Sequence record: DRR723986_6714
Length of the DNA stretch: 38,293 nucleotides
Direction: 5' to 3' (one strand)
Shown here piece after piece: positions 25,442-35,866 of this stretch (positions are counted from its first letter, which is position 1; each line of letters begins with the position of its first letter). Under the pieces are notes generated by a model. It saw nothing but the letters and a program-made list of their open reading frames with translations, was not told where the DNA came from and did not search any database. The position numbers and the translations under genes were made by a program.

Positions 25442-26104
25442 TCAGGACTTGAACGAAGCGATTGCACCAGCCAGCTCGTCGAAATGCGAAATGACCCGGT
25501 CCGGGGAAAGGTCCCGGACCGGCACGACCGTGTAGCCGAAATCGACAGCGATGACCGGAATGCCGGCGTTACGGGCGGCATCGATGTCGGTGCCGCTGTC
25601 ACCGATCATGATGGAACCGCCGATTTCTCCACCCGCCCGGTGGATGGCACCATGCACGGGTTCGGCATGCGGCTTGGCCACGGAAAACGTATCGCCGCCG
25701 ACGACGGCGTCGAAATGCCTGGCGAGATCGAGTTTAGCCAACAGCGGATGCGTCAACCGCTCGGCCTTGTTGGTGCAGACCGCCAGTTTCCATCCGTCTT
25801 TTCGGAAGTTTTCCAGCGCCGCGACAACGCCATCGAACGGTTTGGTGTGAACCGCGATATTGGCGGCATAATGCTCCAGAAAATGCACATAGAGCGGCGC
25901 CACGGTTTCATCGGTCCAGGAAATGCCGTTGAATTCCAGGCCGCGCTGGATCAGCACCTTTGCACCCAGGCCGACCATGTTGGCTACGTTGTCCTGGGGA
26001 ATGGCCGAATGTCCTGCGGAGGTCATGACGACGTTCAAGGTGGCGACGAGATCTTCCATGGACGACACCAGCGTGCCATCCAGATCGAAAACCAGAACGG
26101 ACAT
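25442..26104 (-). CDS. gph: Phosphoglycolate phosphatase (HAD IA)
   Basis: FDLDGTL, CTNK, KPH, MIGDSGTDIDAARNAG, FGY; location near rpiA. Confidence 0.85.
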   Translation of the reverse strand: MSVLVFDLDGTLVSSMEDLVATLNVVMTSAGHSAIPQDNVANMVGLGAKVLIQRGLEFNGISWTDETVAPLYVHFLEHYAANIAVHTKPFDGVVAALENFRKDGWKLAVCTNKAERLTHPLLAKLDLARHFDAVVGGDTFSVAKPHAEPVHGAIHRAGGEIGGSIMIGDSGTDIDAARNAGIPVIAVDFGYTVVPVRDLSPDRVISHFDELAGAIASFKS

Positions 26105-26288
26105 GAGACCCTCTGAAATGCAGGAGCGGGACGGCAAGAACGCATTCATGCTGAAAGGCATGATTGCGGGCAGGTAAACCGGCCCCGGAATGTGGGAAAG
26201 GCCTGCATTCACCCGAACGCAGGCCACCTTCAATGCCTAGCTGCAGAGCCGCTCCGCCGCAAGGGGGGATCGGCTCCGCCGGTTGGTT

Positions 26289-28061
26289 CTAGAGTTTGTA
26301 CGCGGTCCGGAAGCCACCCCAGTGACGGCCCTGAACGATGATCGGCGCGTCGATCTCCTTCATCCAGACGATATTGCCGCCGCCCATGTCCCGGGCATAG
26401 GACTGGATCAGGAAGGGGCGCGTGTTGCGTGCCGCGCTGAGGCCGGCCCGGTCATCAAAGATGCGCTTGTTGCGGCAGTTGGCGGTGTTCCAGGCAACAT
26501 CATCCGGTTTTTGCGGCTTCGAGTAGATCAGATTGTGTACCGGCAGATAACCGTTGCGATCGACCGAGGCGCAAAAGGCCATACCCTTGCATTTGCCTAG
26601 GATTTCTTCCTGGATCGTTGGCAGGATCTTTTCCAGATGAGCCAACGCGCGCGTCGACACCTGCGGCGGGTTGGTGCCGGCTATGTGCTGGTAATTGGTA
26701 TCGAACAGGTCGTCCATGGTCAGCTGGCGCTGCGCGATAAGTTCTTCCATCGCGTTGGAAATGCGTGAAGCCCCGGTCTGGACGCGTTCTACCTCGACAG
26801 CGTGGCTTTCATGAATGGATGCGATCTTGCGCTCAAGGGCCGCCTGGAACCCGGCATCCTTGTTGACGAAGCAACCGTGGCAACCATGTTCGGAGACGGC
26901 GACGATGCGAACTTCCACCTGGCCGATCCCGGCGAGATCAAGACGGGCATTCATGCCCTGTTTCAGGTTGGAGCCACCTTCGGGCCGGAACAGCGTGCCG
27001 CCTTCCGAAATATCGTGGGTCTCGATCTGTGCGGATGTTCCGCCTGCTGTCACCGATCCGGAAATCTTGATCGGCAATCGGTCGTGCTGACGACGATCGC
27101 CGATTTCGGTCTGCCGGATCATCATGGTGAAGCGGGACTGCAGCGCTTTGGAAGCCGTGCTCATTTCCGCACCGGTTTCGCGCGCCAGCATGCCACCTTC
27201 TTCTGCTGCCGCAGCAGACTCCGTAATTGTCTGCGCGGTGCGCAGCACTTCCTGAACGAAGTCCGCCGTCTGCTGCGCCTGGTCACCGATCCGGTTCGTG
27301 GTCTCAACCTGGGTCTGAACCGCATCCTCGACCGCGGCAAAGCTGGGACGTATCCTGCCGATAACATCGATGATCTGGTTGACCGAGCCGAGGCTGAGTT
27401 CCGCTGACTGGTTGAGGCGGTCGATGTTGGCGACGATCTGTTCAGTTGCCGACTGGGTTTCCACCGACAGCGCCTTCACCTCGCTCGCGACAACGGAAAA
27501 GCCACGGCCGGCTTCGCCTGCGCGGGCAGCTTCGATGGTGGCGTTCAGGGCCAGCAGGTTTGTTTGCTTGGCAATGTCCGAAATCAGGCTGACGACATTG
27601 GCAATGTCATCGATCGCGTTCTTGAGCTCCAGAACACCCTGGTTGACCTGGGCCGCGACGTCGCGCGCCTCTTGTGCCAACTGGTTGGACACACCGACCT
27701 GCTGTCCGATTTCGCTGCTGGAGGTGGTGAGATCCTGAATGGACGTGGCCAGTCCCGAAGCGTTCTCATTGGCAACGGCCGATTGGTCCGCAAGCGACTG
27801 ACTGTCGCTGCGGATGGTCTCCAGCTTGTCCATCTGACTGACGAGCCGGTCCTGCACCTTCTCCGCCGCGGCGTTGATGGTCTTGGCCGCGACTTGCAGA
27901 TCGTCTTCCAGGCTGTCCAGTACGAAGCTCATCTGGCTGGCTGCCAGCTGCGCTTCCGGCTGGTTTCCGGAAGTATTGTCAGTTTCCTCAGGGGCAGGTA
28001 TCTTGTTGTTTAAATTATTGTATTCGTCTTTCTGCCTTGGTCTAAGTCGAAGAATGTTCAT
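26289..28061 (-). CDS. Soluble methyl-accepting chemotaxis protein with PilZ and a C-terminal extra domain
   Basis: [42 protein letters not shown] and DISEGG PilZ motifs; C-terminal FDTNY..IAGTNP...[10 protein letters not shown]...RHWGGFR; no TM segment. Confidence 0.9.
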   Translation of the reverse strand: MNILRLRPRQKDEYNNLNNKIPAPEETDNTSGNQPEAQLAASQMSFVLDSLEDDLQVAAKTINAAAEKVQDRLVSQMDKLETIRSDSQSLADQSAVANENASGLATSIQDLTTSSSEIGQQVGVSNQLAQEARDVAAQVNQGVLELKNAIDDIANVVSLISDIAKQTNLLALNATIEAARAGEAGRGFSVVASEVKALSVETQSATEQIVANIDRLNQSAELSLGSVNQIIDVIGRIRPSFAAVEDAVQTQVETTNRIGDQAQQTADFVQEVLRTAQTITESAAAAEEGGMLARETGAEMSTASKALQSRFTMMIRQTEIGDRRQHDRLPIKISGSVTAGGTSAQIETHDISEGGTLFRPEGGSNLKQGMNARLDLAGIGQVEVRIVAVSEHGCHGCFVNKDAGFQAALERKIASIHESHAVEVERVQTGASRISNAMEELIAQRQLTMDDLFDTNYQHIAGTNPPQVSTRALAHLEKILPTIQEEILGKCKGMAFCASVDRNGYLPVHNLIYSKPQKPDDVAWNTANCRNKRIFDDRAGLSAARNTRPFLIQSYARDMGGGNIVWMKEIDAPIIVQGRHWGGFRTAYKL

Positions 28062-28116
28062 TTGATTCTGTGCTTTCCAAACCCTAGACAATTGAAAGCA
28101 TTATCTATTGTTGGTC

Positions 28117-28131
28117 TGAAATGATGGTTAA
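28117..28131 (-). promoter_or_regulatory. CtrA-like site upstream of MCP
   Basis: Minus strand TTAACCATCATTTCA: TTAACCAT half-site and TTAA-N7-TTCA. Confidence 0.45.
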
Positions 28132-28285
28132 TAAACCGCGGATATGGGCGCTATGGCGGTGTTTCCCCGTTGAAGAGGGGGAATGTCACTGGACCGGCGG
28201 ACGCCGGCCATGTTAAGCACCCGGCGGCCGGATGGAGATGATTGCTTGGTCTTCTCCGCCGACAGGTTGGCCCTAGGAACGGTAA

Positions 28286-28978
28286 ATGAGCGACCAGTAC
28301 AAGAAACTGGCGGCGGAGCGCGCTGCCGACGATGTCACATCCGGAATGCGTCTTGGAATTGGGACCGGTTCGACCGCGGAATTCTTCGTCCATGCACTTG
28401 CCCGTCGGGTACAGGATGGCCTGGACGTTATCGGTGTGCCAACTTCGGAGCGCACGCGGGAACTTGCGTCGAGCCTCGGCATTCGCCTGACCACGCTTGA
28501 TGAATTGCCGGAACTTGATCTGACCGTCGACGGCGCCGATGAACTGGACCCCCATCTGTCGCTCATCAAGGGCGGTGGAGGAGCCTTGCTGCGCGAGAAG
28601 ATCGTGGCATCAGCGTCGGCCAACATGATCGTCATTGCAGACGGCAGCAAGGAAGTTGCGACGCTTGGCCGCTTTCCCCTGCCGATCGAAGTCGTTCCCT
28701 TCGGTCTGGAAGCAACGCGGCGCGCGATCCTGAAAGTGTTTGAGGATCTTGGACTGCCGTTGAACATGGCTTTGCGCGGCGGATCGGCTCAGCCTTTCGT
28801 CACGGATGGAGGTCACTTCATCCTGGATGCGCAGCTTGAAAGCATACCCGAGGTCCAGACCCTGGGCGACCGGCTGGTTGCCATTCCGGGGGTTGTCGAA
28901 CACGGCCTCTTCATTGAACTTGCAACAAAAGCTTACGTGGCCGGCACAGATGGGGTAAAGACCGTCTTGCCCATCTAA
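28286..28978 (+). CDS. rpiA: Ribose-5-phosphate isomerase A
   Basis: [42 protein letters not shown]. Confidence 0.97.
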   Translation: MSDQYKKLAAERAADDVTSGMRLGIGTGSTAEFFVHALARRVQDGLDVIGVPTSERTRELASSLGIRLTTLDELPELDLTVDGADELDPHLSLIKGGGGALLREKIVASASANMIVIADGSKEVATLGRFPLPIEVVPFGLEATRRAILKVFEDLGLPLNMALRGGSAQPFVTDGGHFILDAQLESIPEVQTLGDRLVAIPGVVEHGLFIELATKAYVAGTDGVKTVLPI

Positions 28979-29033
28979 GTGGTGTGGATTTGGCTTTCCA
29001 GACTAAAGATGAAAGCCGCCTAGGAGTAGAAAA

Positions 29034-29549
29034 ATGAAGCTTATCAAATCTTTCCCGCGGGCAGCTGTATTGGGCGCAGCCATGATGGCCGCTGGTTTTG
29101 TCGCCTCGGGCGCAGCCGCACAGGATGCCGTTTCTGAAAGCCACCTTGCCGCAGCCAAGCAGGTTGCCGTTGTGACCAAGGTTCTGGAACCGTTTGACGA
29201 TATTCTTCCGATCCTTGCTGAACAGACCCGGACGGCTTTCATTCAGTCCGACCCGACCCGTGCGGAAGAAATCGCCGAAGTCGTTCAGAATGTCGCGCTG
29301 ACGCTGGCGCCGAAGCGGACCGAGCTCAACAATCTGGTTTACAAGGCCTGGGCAGACGCCTTCACCGAAGAAGAGCTGAACCAGCTTGCTGAATTCTACA
29401 GCACGGAACTCGGCCAGAAGCTGACCGAAAAGATCCCGACCATCACGCAGTATTCCGTTGGTGCTGCCCGTGAATGGCAGGACAAGGTTTCCACCGAAAT
29501 GGTGACCATGGTTCAGGAAGAACTGGCGAAGCTGAACGCAGCTCAGTAA
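29034..29549 (+). CDS. DUF2059 domain exported protein
   Basis: Signal peptide; FTEEELNQLAEFYSTELGQKL; typical position between rpiA and gor. Confidence 0.87.
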   Translation: MKLIKSFPRAAVLGAAMMAAGFVASGAAAQDAVSESHLAAAKQVAVVTKVLEPFDDILPILAEQTRTAFIQSDPTRAEEIAEVVQNVALTLAPKRTELNNLVYKAWADAFTEEELNQLAEFYSTELGQKLTEKIPTITQYSVGAAREWQDKVSTEMVTMVQEELAKLNAAQ

Positions 29550-29806
29550 GGGCAGGGCTCCCGCGTCGGCCATGCCGATGGCAGGGAACACGCCTTTCAC
29601 ACGAATAAGTGAGGCCGGGGTCATGTCCGGCTTTCGGGCCGCGCAAGCGGCCCAATTCTTTTGGAAATGGCCCGTTTTGGCTGTCCCTGATGGCCTGGCC
29701 CGACCGGGCATCCGGACTTGTACCGCAGCTTCGGTTGCCTATCTGCGGGGCTGGCAAGGCTCTGCCGGACGGCAGCCGGCGGACTTTTGATCACGATGAG
29801 GCACTG

Positions 29807-31183
29807 ATGACCGACTACGATTACGATCTCTTTGTTATTGGCGGCGGCTCCGGCGGCGTACGCGCTGCCAGAATTGCCGCGACACACGGCGCCCGGGTCG
29901 GTATCGCCGAGGAGTACCGTTACGGCGGTACCTGCGTCATTCGCGGCTGTGTGCCCAAGAAGCTGTTTGTCTACGCCTCGAAGTTTTCCGAAGAATTCGA
30001 AGATGCGGAAGGCTTTGGCTGGACGGTCGGCGAACGCGCCTTCTCGTGGGACAAGCTTGTTGCGGCAAAGGATCAGGAGATCACGCGCCTCGAAGGAATC
30101 TACCGGCGCAATCTCGAGCGGACCGACGTGGAAGTCCACGACAGCCGCGCGGTGATCGAAGATGCCCACACCGTCCGCCTGCTGTCCACCGGACAGACCT
30201 TGAGCGCGAAATACATTCTCGTGGCCGTTGGCGCGTCTCCGAACGTGGACGAAGGTCTGCCGGGCGGCGAGCATGTGATCACGTCCAACGAAGCCTTTCA
30301 CCTTGCCGAACTGCCGAGCAAGATCGTGGTTGCCGGTGGTGGTTACATCGCGGTCGAGTTTGCCGGTATCTTCAACGGGCTGGGGGTCGATACGACGCTG
30401 ATCTATCGCGGAGAGGAAATTCTGCGCGGCTTCGACGGTGAGCTTCGGACCGCGGTTCGCCAGGAAATGGAGAAGAAGGGCATCAAGGTGGTGCTCAACG
30501 ACACTTTCTCCAGGATCGAGAAGGCGGCAGACGGCACTCTGACAGGCCACACCAAGGGCGGGCTAGCGCTGGAAGCAGGTCAGATCATGTTCGCCATCGG
30601 CCGCAACCCGCATACCCGTGACCTCGGTCTTGAGAAGGCCGGTGTCGAGATGGATGCGGCGGGTGCGATCAAGGTCGGTGCGGACTCCCGCACCAATGTG
30701 GCATCCATCTATGCCGTTGGCGACGTCACCAACCGGGCGAACCTGACGCCGGTTGCGATCCGGGAAGGTCATGCCTTTGCAGACACGGTCTTTGGCAACA
30801 AGCCTTGGACGGTCGACCACAGCCTGATCGCCACGGCCGTGTTCTCGCAGCCGGAAATGGGCACAGTCGGTCTTACACAGGAAGAAGCACTGCAGCGGAC
30901 GCCCAATCTGGATATCTACAAGTCCAGCTTCCGTCCGATGAAGCACACCCTGTCGGGCCGAGATGAAAAGATGCTCATGAAAATGATTGTCGATGCAGAC
31001 ACGCAGAAAGTGCTCGGTGTCCACATCATGGGGCCGGACGCCGGTGAACTGGCTCAGATCCTCGGCATCACCTTGCAGATGGGCGCGACCAAGGCCGACT
31101 TCGACAGGACGATCGCCGTTCATCCGACAGCTGCTGAAGAACTCGTCACGATGCGTGAACCGACCGAGCGTCTGCGCGGGTAG
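29807..31183 (+). CDS. gor: Glutathione-disulfide reductase
   Basis: GGGSGGVR, GGTCVIRGCVPKK, GGGYIAVEFAGIF, NLTPVAI, HPTAAEE. Confidence 0.96.
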   Translation: MTDYDYDLFVIGGGSGGVRAARIAATHGARVGIAEEYRYGGTCVIRGCVPKKLFVYASKFSEEFEDAEGFGWTVGERAFSWDKLVAAKDQEITRLEGIYRRNLERTDVEVHDSRAVIEDAHTVRLLSTGQTLSAKYILVAVGASPNVDEGLPGGEHVITSNEAFHLAELPSKIVVAGGGYIAVEFAGIFNGLGVDTTLIYRGEEILRGFDGELRTAVRQEMEKKGIKVVLNDTFSRIEKAADGTLTGHTKGGLALEAGQIMFAIGRNPHTRDLGLEKAGVEMDAAGAIKVGADSRTNVASIYAVGDVTNRANLTPVAIREGHAFADTVFGNKPWTVDHSLIATAVFSQPEMGTVGLTQEEALQRTPNLDIYKSSFRPMKHTLSGRDEKMLMKMIVDADTQKVLGVHIMGPDAGELAQILGITLQMGATKADFDRTIAVHPTAAEELVTMREPTERLRG

Positions 31184-31210
31184 TTCGGCGGCAATTCAGA
31201 AAGTCAGGAG

Positions 31211-31242
31211 CCGCTGCAGGGCAACTTGTCCCGCAGCGGTTT
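31211..31242. terminator. Hairpin between convergent gor and GGDEF gene
   Basis: CCGCTGCAGGGC-AACTT-GTCCCGCAGCGG followed by TTT. Confidence 0.5.
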
Positions 31243-32861
31243 CATTCTGCAGGCCCTGACGCTGCCCGCCGCAGCGGCTTGGCTTCAGGGTCAGTCAACA
31301 CGCCGTCTGGTCCGACTTCCAGATCGAGTGAATCGGAGTAGAAGGAATACCGGCCCCGGCCGAGTTTCTTCGACTGGTATAGCGCGGTGTCCGAACGGGT
31401 GACGAGTTGTTCGGAAGTCGTTCCGTCCTCCGGGGCGATCGCGATGCCGACACTAAGGCCGATCTGCGCAATATCGCCGCTTGAGATCGGTACGGGCAAT
31501 TCGCCGGCAGCAACAAGAGCCCGGCAAAGTGTGTTCAAGGTTTCCCGCACAACACTGCCACGATAGATCACCATGAATTCATCGCCGCCGATACGGCAAA
31601 CCAGACCGGGCTTGCCGACGGCTTTGCTCAGGCGCTCCGCCATGGTCTTGATGACGATATCGCCCGCGGCATGTCCGAAGGTGTCGTTCACCGCCTTGAA
31701 CTTGTCCAGATCGCAGTGAATGACGGCAAAGGGCTTGTCCGGCAGGGTTTTGACCGAGGATTCCAGGACACGGTTGAACTGCAGGCGGTTCGCGAGCCCC
31801 GTTAACGTATCGTGCAGAGCCAGGTACCTGTTCTGGTGTTCGCTCGCCTGAAGGGATGTGGTCAGCTGGCCGATCCGCCAGGCAATACCGAACGCGAGGG
31901 CGCCAAGGGCAACACTCAGAACCACGATGACAGGGACGATGGTTGGCCAGATGGATTCACCGACGGTCTGGCTGTCCCAGCGAAAGGTTCCGAGCGGGTT
32001 GTCGTTCTGATCCTTGACAAGATGGCGCGGCCCTTTGCCGGGCACGCCTGCATCTTCCTCAAAACCGAAATTGGCGAAATTCAGCTGCGCGTTGAGCTGG
32101 CCGAGCAGATAGGCGTCAACGTAATGGGCTGACAGCAGCACGGTGGGAGGCCCGTCGGGCAAAGTCTCTTCATAGTCGTCCGGAATGATCGGCATCGCGC
32201 CGAATATGGCCGGTTTGCCGTCGATATGGACAAAACCCATGACGGCATATTCCCCGGGATCTGCTCCTTGCAGGGACTTGTGACCGAAACCGCCAGGCAC
32301 CCGCACACGGTTTTGCAGGTACAGCGCCTTCAGTTTTTCATGAACAATTTCAAGCTCCGGCGTTTCGGAGACGGGACGCCGGATGATGTGAGTATAGTCG
32401 GCGAAGGATTCAGCCAGAACGTCCCCGTTTCCGGAGATCAGCATTACCTTGCTGTGGCGATAGGTTGACCACAGGGTGTCGAAGCTGCTTCGAACGTAGT
32501 CGGGATCGAAATTGCGCACCAGCTTGAGCACCGACTGATCCGACGACGCGATGCCGATCTGTTCGCGAACGATGGTGCGAAGGTGATCTGCCAGCGTGCT
32601 CTGGAACAGACGTTCCTCGTTGGCGATGGCCTGCTGCCGGGAAGCTTGAGAGGCAACGAAACCGACGAACAGCAACGAAACGGACGTAACAGCAATCAGC
32701 AATCCGGCAAGCAGAAACGCCAGCCGGGAAATATGCTGCCGGGGAATTTTCGCGGCCTGGTCGCTATATCTACGCCTAAACTCGGTCAAGTTGAGATCCC
32801 GATTGGGTCTTTGTTTGTTATTCTGAATTCTTGCCACTAAAGAGTAAAGTGATTGTATCAA
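31242..32861 (-). CDS. Membrane diguanylate cyclase (periplasmic CHASE4-like + GGDEF), copy 1
   Basis: Two TMs; HDTLTGLANR, DLDKFKAVNDTFGHAAGD, RIGGDEF; start uncertain (TTG). Confidence 0.88.
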   Translation of the reverse strand: MIQSLYSLVARIQNNKQRPNRDLNLTEFRRRYSDQAAKIPRQHISRLAFLLAGLLIAVTSVSLLFVGFVASQASRQQAIANEERLFQSTLADHLRTIVREQIGIASSDQSVLKLVRNFDPDYVRSSFDTLWSTYRHSKVMLISGNGDVLAESFADYTHIIRRPVSETPELEIVHEKLKALYLQNRVRVPGGFGHKSLQGADPGEYAVMGFVHIDGKPAIFGAMPIIPDDYEETLPDGPPTVLLSAHYVDAYLLGQLNAQLNFANFGFEEDAGVPGKGPRHLVKDQNDNPLGTFRWDSQTVGESIWPTIVPVIVVLSVALGALAFGIAWRIGQLTTSLQASEHQNRYLALHDTLTGLANRLQFNRVLESSVKTLPDKPFAVIHCDLDKFKAVNDTFGHAAGDIVIKTMAERLSKAVGKPGLVCRIGGDEFMVIYRGSVVRETLNTLCRALVAAGELPVPISSGDIAQIGLSVGIAIAPEDGTTSEQLVTRSDTALYQSKKLGRGRYSFYSDSLDLEVGPDGVLTDPEAKPLRRAASGPAE

Positions 32862-32985
32862 CGAATACCTTAACAGGACGTGGGAGTATTAAAAAACTTA
32901 GGAGTTTTCGTGAGGTGTATCCTCAAAGGACACTGCCTTTTATAGTATTTATGACAATGTAATTTGCCGCTTTCGGCGGTGCCCG

Positions 32986-34527
32986 CTAGCGTGACCCCGG
33001 AATTGCTTGCAGATCCATCTGTTTGCGGGCCTTGGCAGCCTCGAGACTGTGCGGGCCTGCAAACTCATAGGCATTGCGGCCCTTATCCTTCGCCCGGTAT
33101 AGCGCCATGTCGGCCATGCGGATCAGATCTTTCTCGCTCGTGCCGGACTCTGGCGCGCTGGCAATGCCGATGCTGACACCGATGTCGACCTGTTGACCTC
33201 CACCAATGTCTATCGGCTCGGCAACCGACCGGCGGATTTCCTCGGCCAGTGCTGCAAGCCTGTCCCTGTCTGTATGCTTGGTGAAGAGGACAATGAATTC
33301 ATCTCCTCCAATCCGGCTGACGACACCATCCTTGCCGACCAGAAGCCGCATTCGGTCGGCAACAGTGCAGATGACCCGGTCACCGGCTTCATGCCCATAT
33401 GTGTCGTTCACCGGTTTGAAGCGGTCGAGATCACAAGCAAATATCGCAAATCCACGATCCGGCAGGCCATCCAGCGAGAAAGAGAGGCAGTCGGAAAAAT
33501 GATGCCGGTTCGGCAGCCCTGTCAGAGCGTCGTGTCGCGCAAAGTGGCGGTTCTTCCGTTCGCTTTCTTCAAGCGAGGCCGACAGACGGCTGATCTTCGT
33601 TGCAAGCGCGAAGGCGACGATTGCGATGATGGACGCCAACAGGACGATCAGCGGCAGGGCCATGATCCAGATTTCGCGACCCGGTTTGGAATGGTCCCAT
33701 TTGAAATAGCCGAACGTGGATCCGTCTGCCGCCTGCACAAGGTAATTCGTTGGGTGCTTGCGTTCAGGTTCACCTGGGAAAAACCGGAAATCCCTGTAGC
33801 CGAGTTGTTCGTTCAGTCCGGTCAGCCAGTCCTGATCTATGTAGACGGCATTGACCAGGATTGCCGGATAGTCGCCTTCCAGCCGGACATGACCTTCATC
33901 GGGTAGAACCGGTATGGCGCTGAGGAATGCTCGGGATCCGTCGATCAGGGCAAAGGCGGATTGAGACGTTTCCAGCAACGCGGACTGCGGCATGTACCAT
34001 TCGGCAAAAACGGAGTTGGAACCGTCCTGCCGCTTCCCGAAAGCCGCAGCCGTCTGTTCGGCAAGCTTCCGAACAAGATTTTCGGCCGGCAATTGCCGAT
34101 TTTCAATCAGGACATCGTCCCTTATTGCCTGCGCGATCAAGGTCCCGTCCGGCATCACGACGAAAGTCCGGTCGAGGTTGAAATCTTCCCAAAGGTCGCC
34201 GATCAGCTCGTCTTCGATGAACTCGCGGTCCAGAGGGGCCTGAAGGGCGTTGAAGGTATCGTCCCACTGAGCCATCGTCACCTGGTCTCGCGCGACCTGG
34301 CGGTGGATGTCCTTCAAGGTGTTGGTCAGGCGCATCTGCTCGGCTTCAAGGGCGCGCCTGTCGGCTTCGCCCCAGGCCATGTGGGCAATGAAGGTGAGGG
34401 AAGCGGTCGACAGGAAAATCACGAGCGCTGCAAGGCTGTAGATCCACACCTTGATCCGCCGGCCGGCTTCTGGAGCCTCCAGCCCTGGATGTGTTGCTTC
34501 AGACGTCTTTTTCTTTAAACGGAACAA
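32986..34527 (-). CDS. Membrane diguanylate cyclase (periplasmic CHASE4-like + GGDEF), copy 2
   Basis: Two TMs; AQWDDT (CHASE4-like), HDALTGLPNR, DLDRFKPVNDTYGHEAGD, RIGGDEF. Confidence 0.88.
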   Translation of the reverse strand: MFRLKKKTSEATHPGLEAPEAGRRIKVWIYSLAALVIFLSTASLTFIAHMAWGEADRRALEAEQMRLTNTLKDIHRQVARDQVTMAQWDDTFNALQAPLDREFIEDELIGDLWEDFNLDRTFVVMPDGTLIAQAIRDDVLIENRQLPAENLVRKLAEQTAAAFGKRQDGSNSVFAEWYMPQSALLETSQSAFALIDGSRAFLSAIPVLPDEGHVRLEGDYPAILVNAVYIDQDWLTGLNEQLGYRDFRFFPGEPERKHPTNYLVQAADGSTFGYFKWDHSKPGREIWIMALPLIVLLASIIAIVAFALATKISRLSASLEESERKNRHFARHDALTGLPNRHHFSDCLSFSLDGLPDRGFAIFACDLDRFKPVNDTYGHEAGDRVICTVADRMRLLVGKDGVVSRIGGDEFIVLFTKHTDRDRLAALAEEIRRSVAEPIDIGGGQQVDIGVSIGIASAPESGTSEKDLIRMADMALYRAKDKGRNAYEFAGPHSLEAAKARKQMDLQAIPGSR

Positions 34528-34619
34528 GAAACCGCCATCCCCTCTTACCCGGATGCGACAGCTGTTTAGCCGAAGAACTTTAACACCGGGTGGGGGAGAC
34601 GCTTTTCTGGGGTGCTCAC

Positions 34620-35813
34620 CTAGCGAAAACTACCGAGACACTTAACAAAGCGTTCAATTTCCTCTTCGCAATTGAACGCATGGACCGACGCCCGCACCAC
34701 GGCATCAAGACCCCGGAGCGGCAAGTCGATCCGGGCTGAGCTGGCCTGGCTGACCGAAACGTTGATACCGGCTTGCCCGAGCCGTAGCTTGGTCTGTGCC
34801 GGGCTTTCACCGGCCAGCGAGAACGTGACGATGCCGCCCTTGCGCTGGCCCTTGTCGTGAAGGGTTACCTCGGGAAGTGCAGATAGCTCAGACCGGAGCT
34901 GAGCGCCAAGCCCGCAGATCCTGTTGCCGATCCGCTCCATGCCGAAGCCGATGGCATAGCTGACGGCAACACCCAGGCCGATCTGCCCCGCGACATAGCG
35001 TTCCCAGGTTTCGAAACGGCGTGCGTGGGGAACAAGTTCATAACGATCCTCGTCGATCCACTCCGTTGCCTGAAGATCGACAAACGGCGGTTCTACCTGG
35101 TCAAGCACGGCGTCGCTGACGTAGAGAAATCCGGTGCCGCGCGGACCGCGCAGATATTTGCGCCCGGTGCCGGACAGGATATGGCAACCGATTTCGTTGA
35201 CATTCAGCGGGATCTGCCCTGCGGACTGACACGCGTCGAGAAGATAAAGGACACCCGTTTGCCGCGCGATCTCTCCAACCTCTTCGGCAGGATTGATCAG
35301 TCCGGAAAAGGTCGGGACGTGCGTAAGGGCGATGAGCCGCGTTTTCGGACCAATCGCGGCTTTCAGGGCCTTCAGGTCGATTTGCCCGAATTCGTCGTCC
35401 TCGACAATATCGATCTCGATCCCCTTGCGGCGTTTCATCTGCAGCAGGGCAACGTAGTTGGAGACGTATTCGGCGCGGCCGGTGACAACCCGGTCTCCTT
35501 CGCGGAAGTCGATGCCGTAAAAAGCCATGTCCCAGGCCCGGGTGGCATTTTCGATATAGGCTATTTCCTGCGGTTTGCTGCCGATCAAAGCTGCCAGAGA
35601 CGTATAAAAGGTGTCCATTGCGGTCTTGGCGGCCGCTGCGGCTTCATATCCGCCGAGGGTCGCTTCAAGATCGAGATGCTGCTTAACTGCTTCAAGAACA
35701 GGAGTGGGGGCCAGCCCCGTTCCCGCATTGTTAAAGTGAATGAGCTGACGTACACCCGGAGTATCGTCCCTCATGAGGTCGATATCCTGCTGGGTAAGAG
35801 ACGGAACGATCAT
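34620..35813 (-). CDS. Class V PLP-dependent aminotransferase / C-S lyase-like protein
   Basis: [27 protein letters not shown] (PLP Lys), VRASVHAFN. Confidence 0.88.
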   Translation of the reverse strand: MIVPSLTQQDIDLMRDDTPGVRQLIHFNNAGTGLAPTPVLEAVKQHLDLEATLGGYEAAAAAKTAMDTFYTSLAALIGSKPQEIAYIENATRAWDMAFYGIDFREGDRVVTGRAEYVSNYVALLQMKRRKGIEIDIVEDDEFGQIDLKALKAAIGPKTRLIALTHVPTFSGLINPAEEVGEIARQTGVLYLLDACQSAGQIPLNVNEIGCHILSGTGRKYLRGPRGTGFLYVSDAVLDQVEPPFVDLQATEWIDEDRYELVPHARRFETWERYVAGQIGLGVAVSYAIGFGMERIGNRICGLGAQLRSELSALPEVTLHDKGQRKGGIVTFSLAGESPAQTKLRLGQAGINVSVSQASSARIDLPLRGLDAVVRASVHAFNCEEEIERFVKCLGSFR

Positions 35814-35866
35814 GAAACCCTCGGAAACAATCTAAGAAAAACATACAAGCGCTAGACAAGCACCAG

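Noticed and set aside
29609-29806. 66-aa N-terminal extension of Gor in the ORF track
   Set aside because: Homology begins at MTDYDYDLFVIG (29807), which has a GAGG RBS; the extension crosses a terminator-like hairpin.
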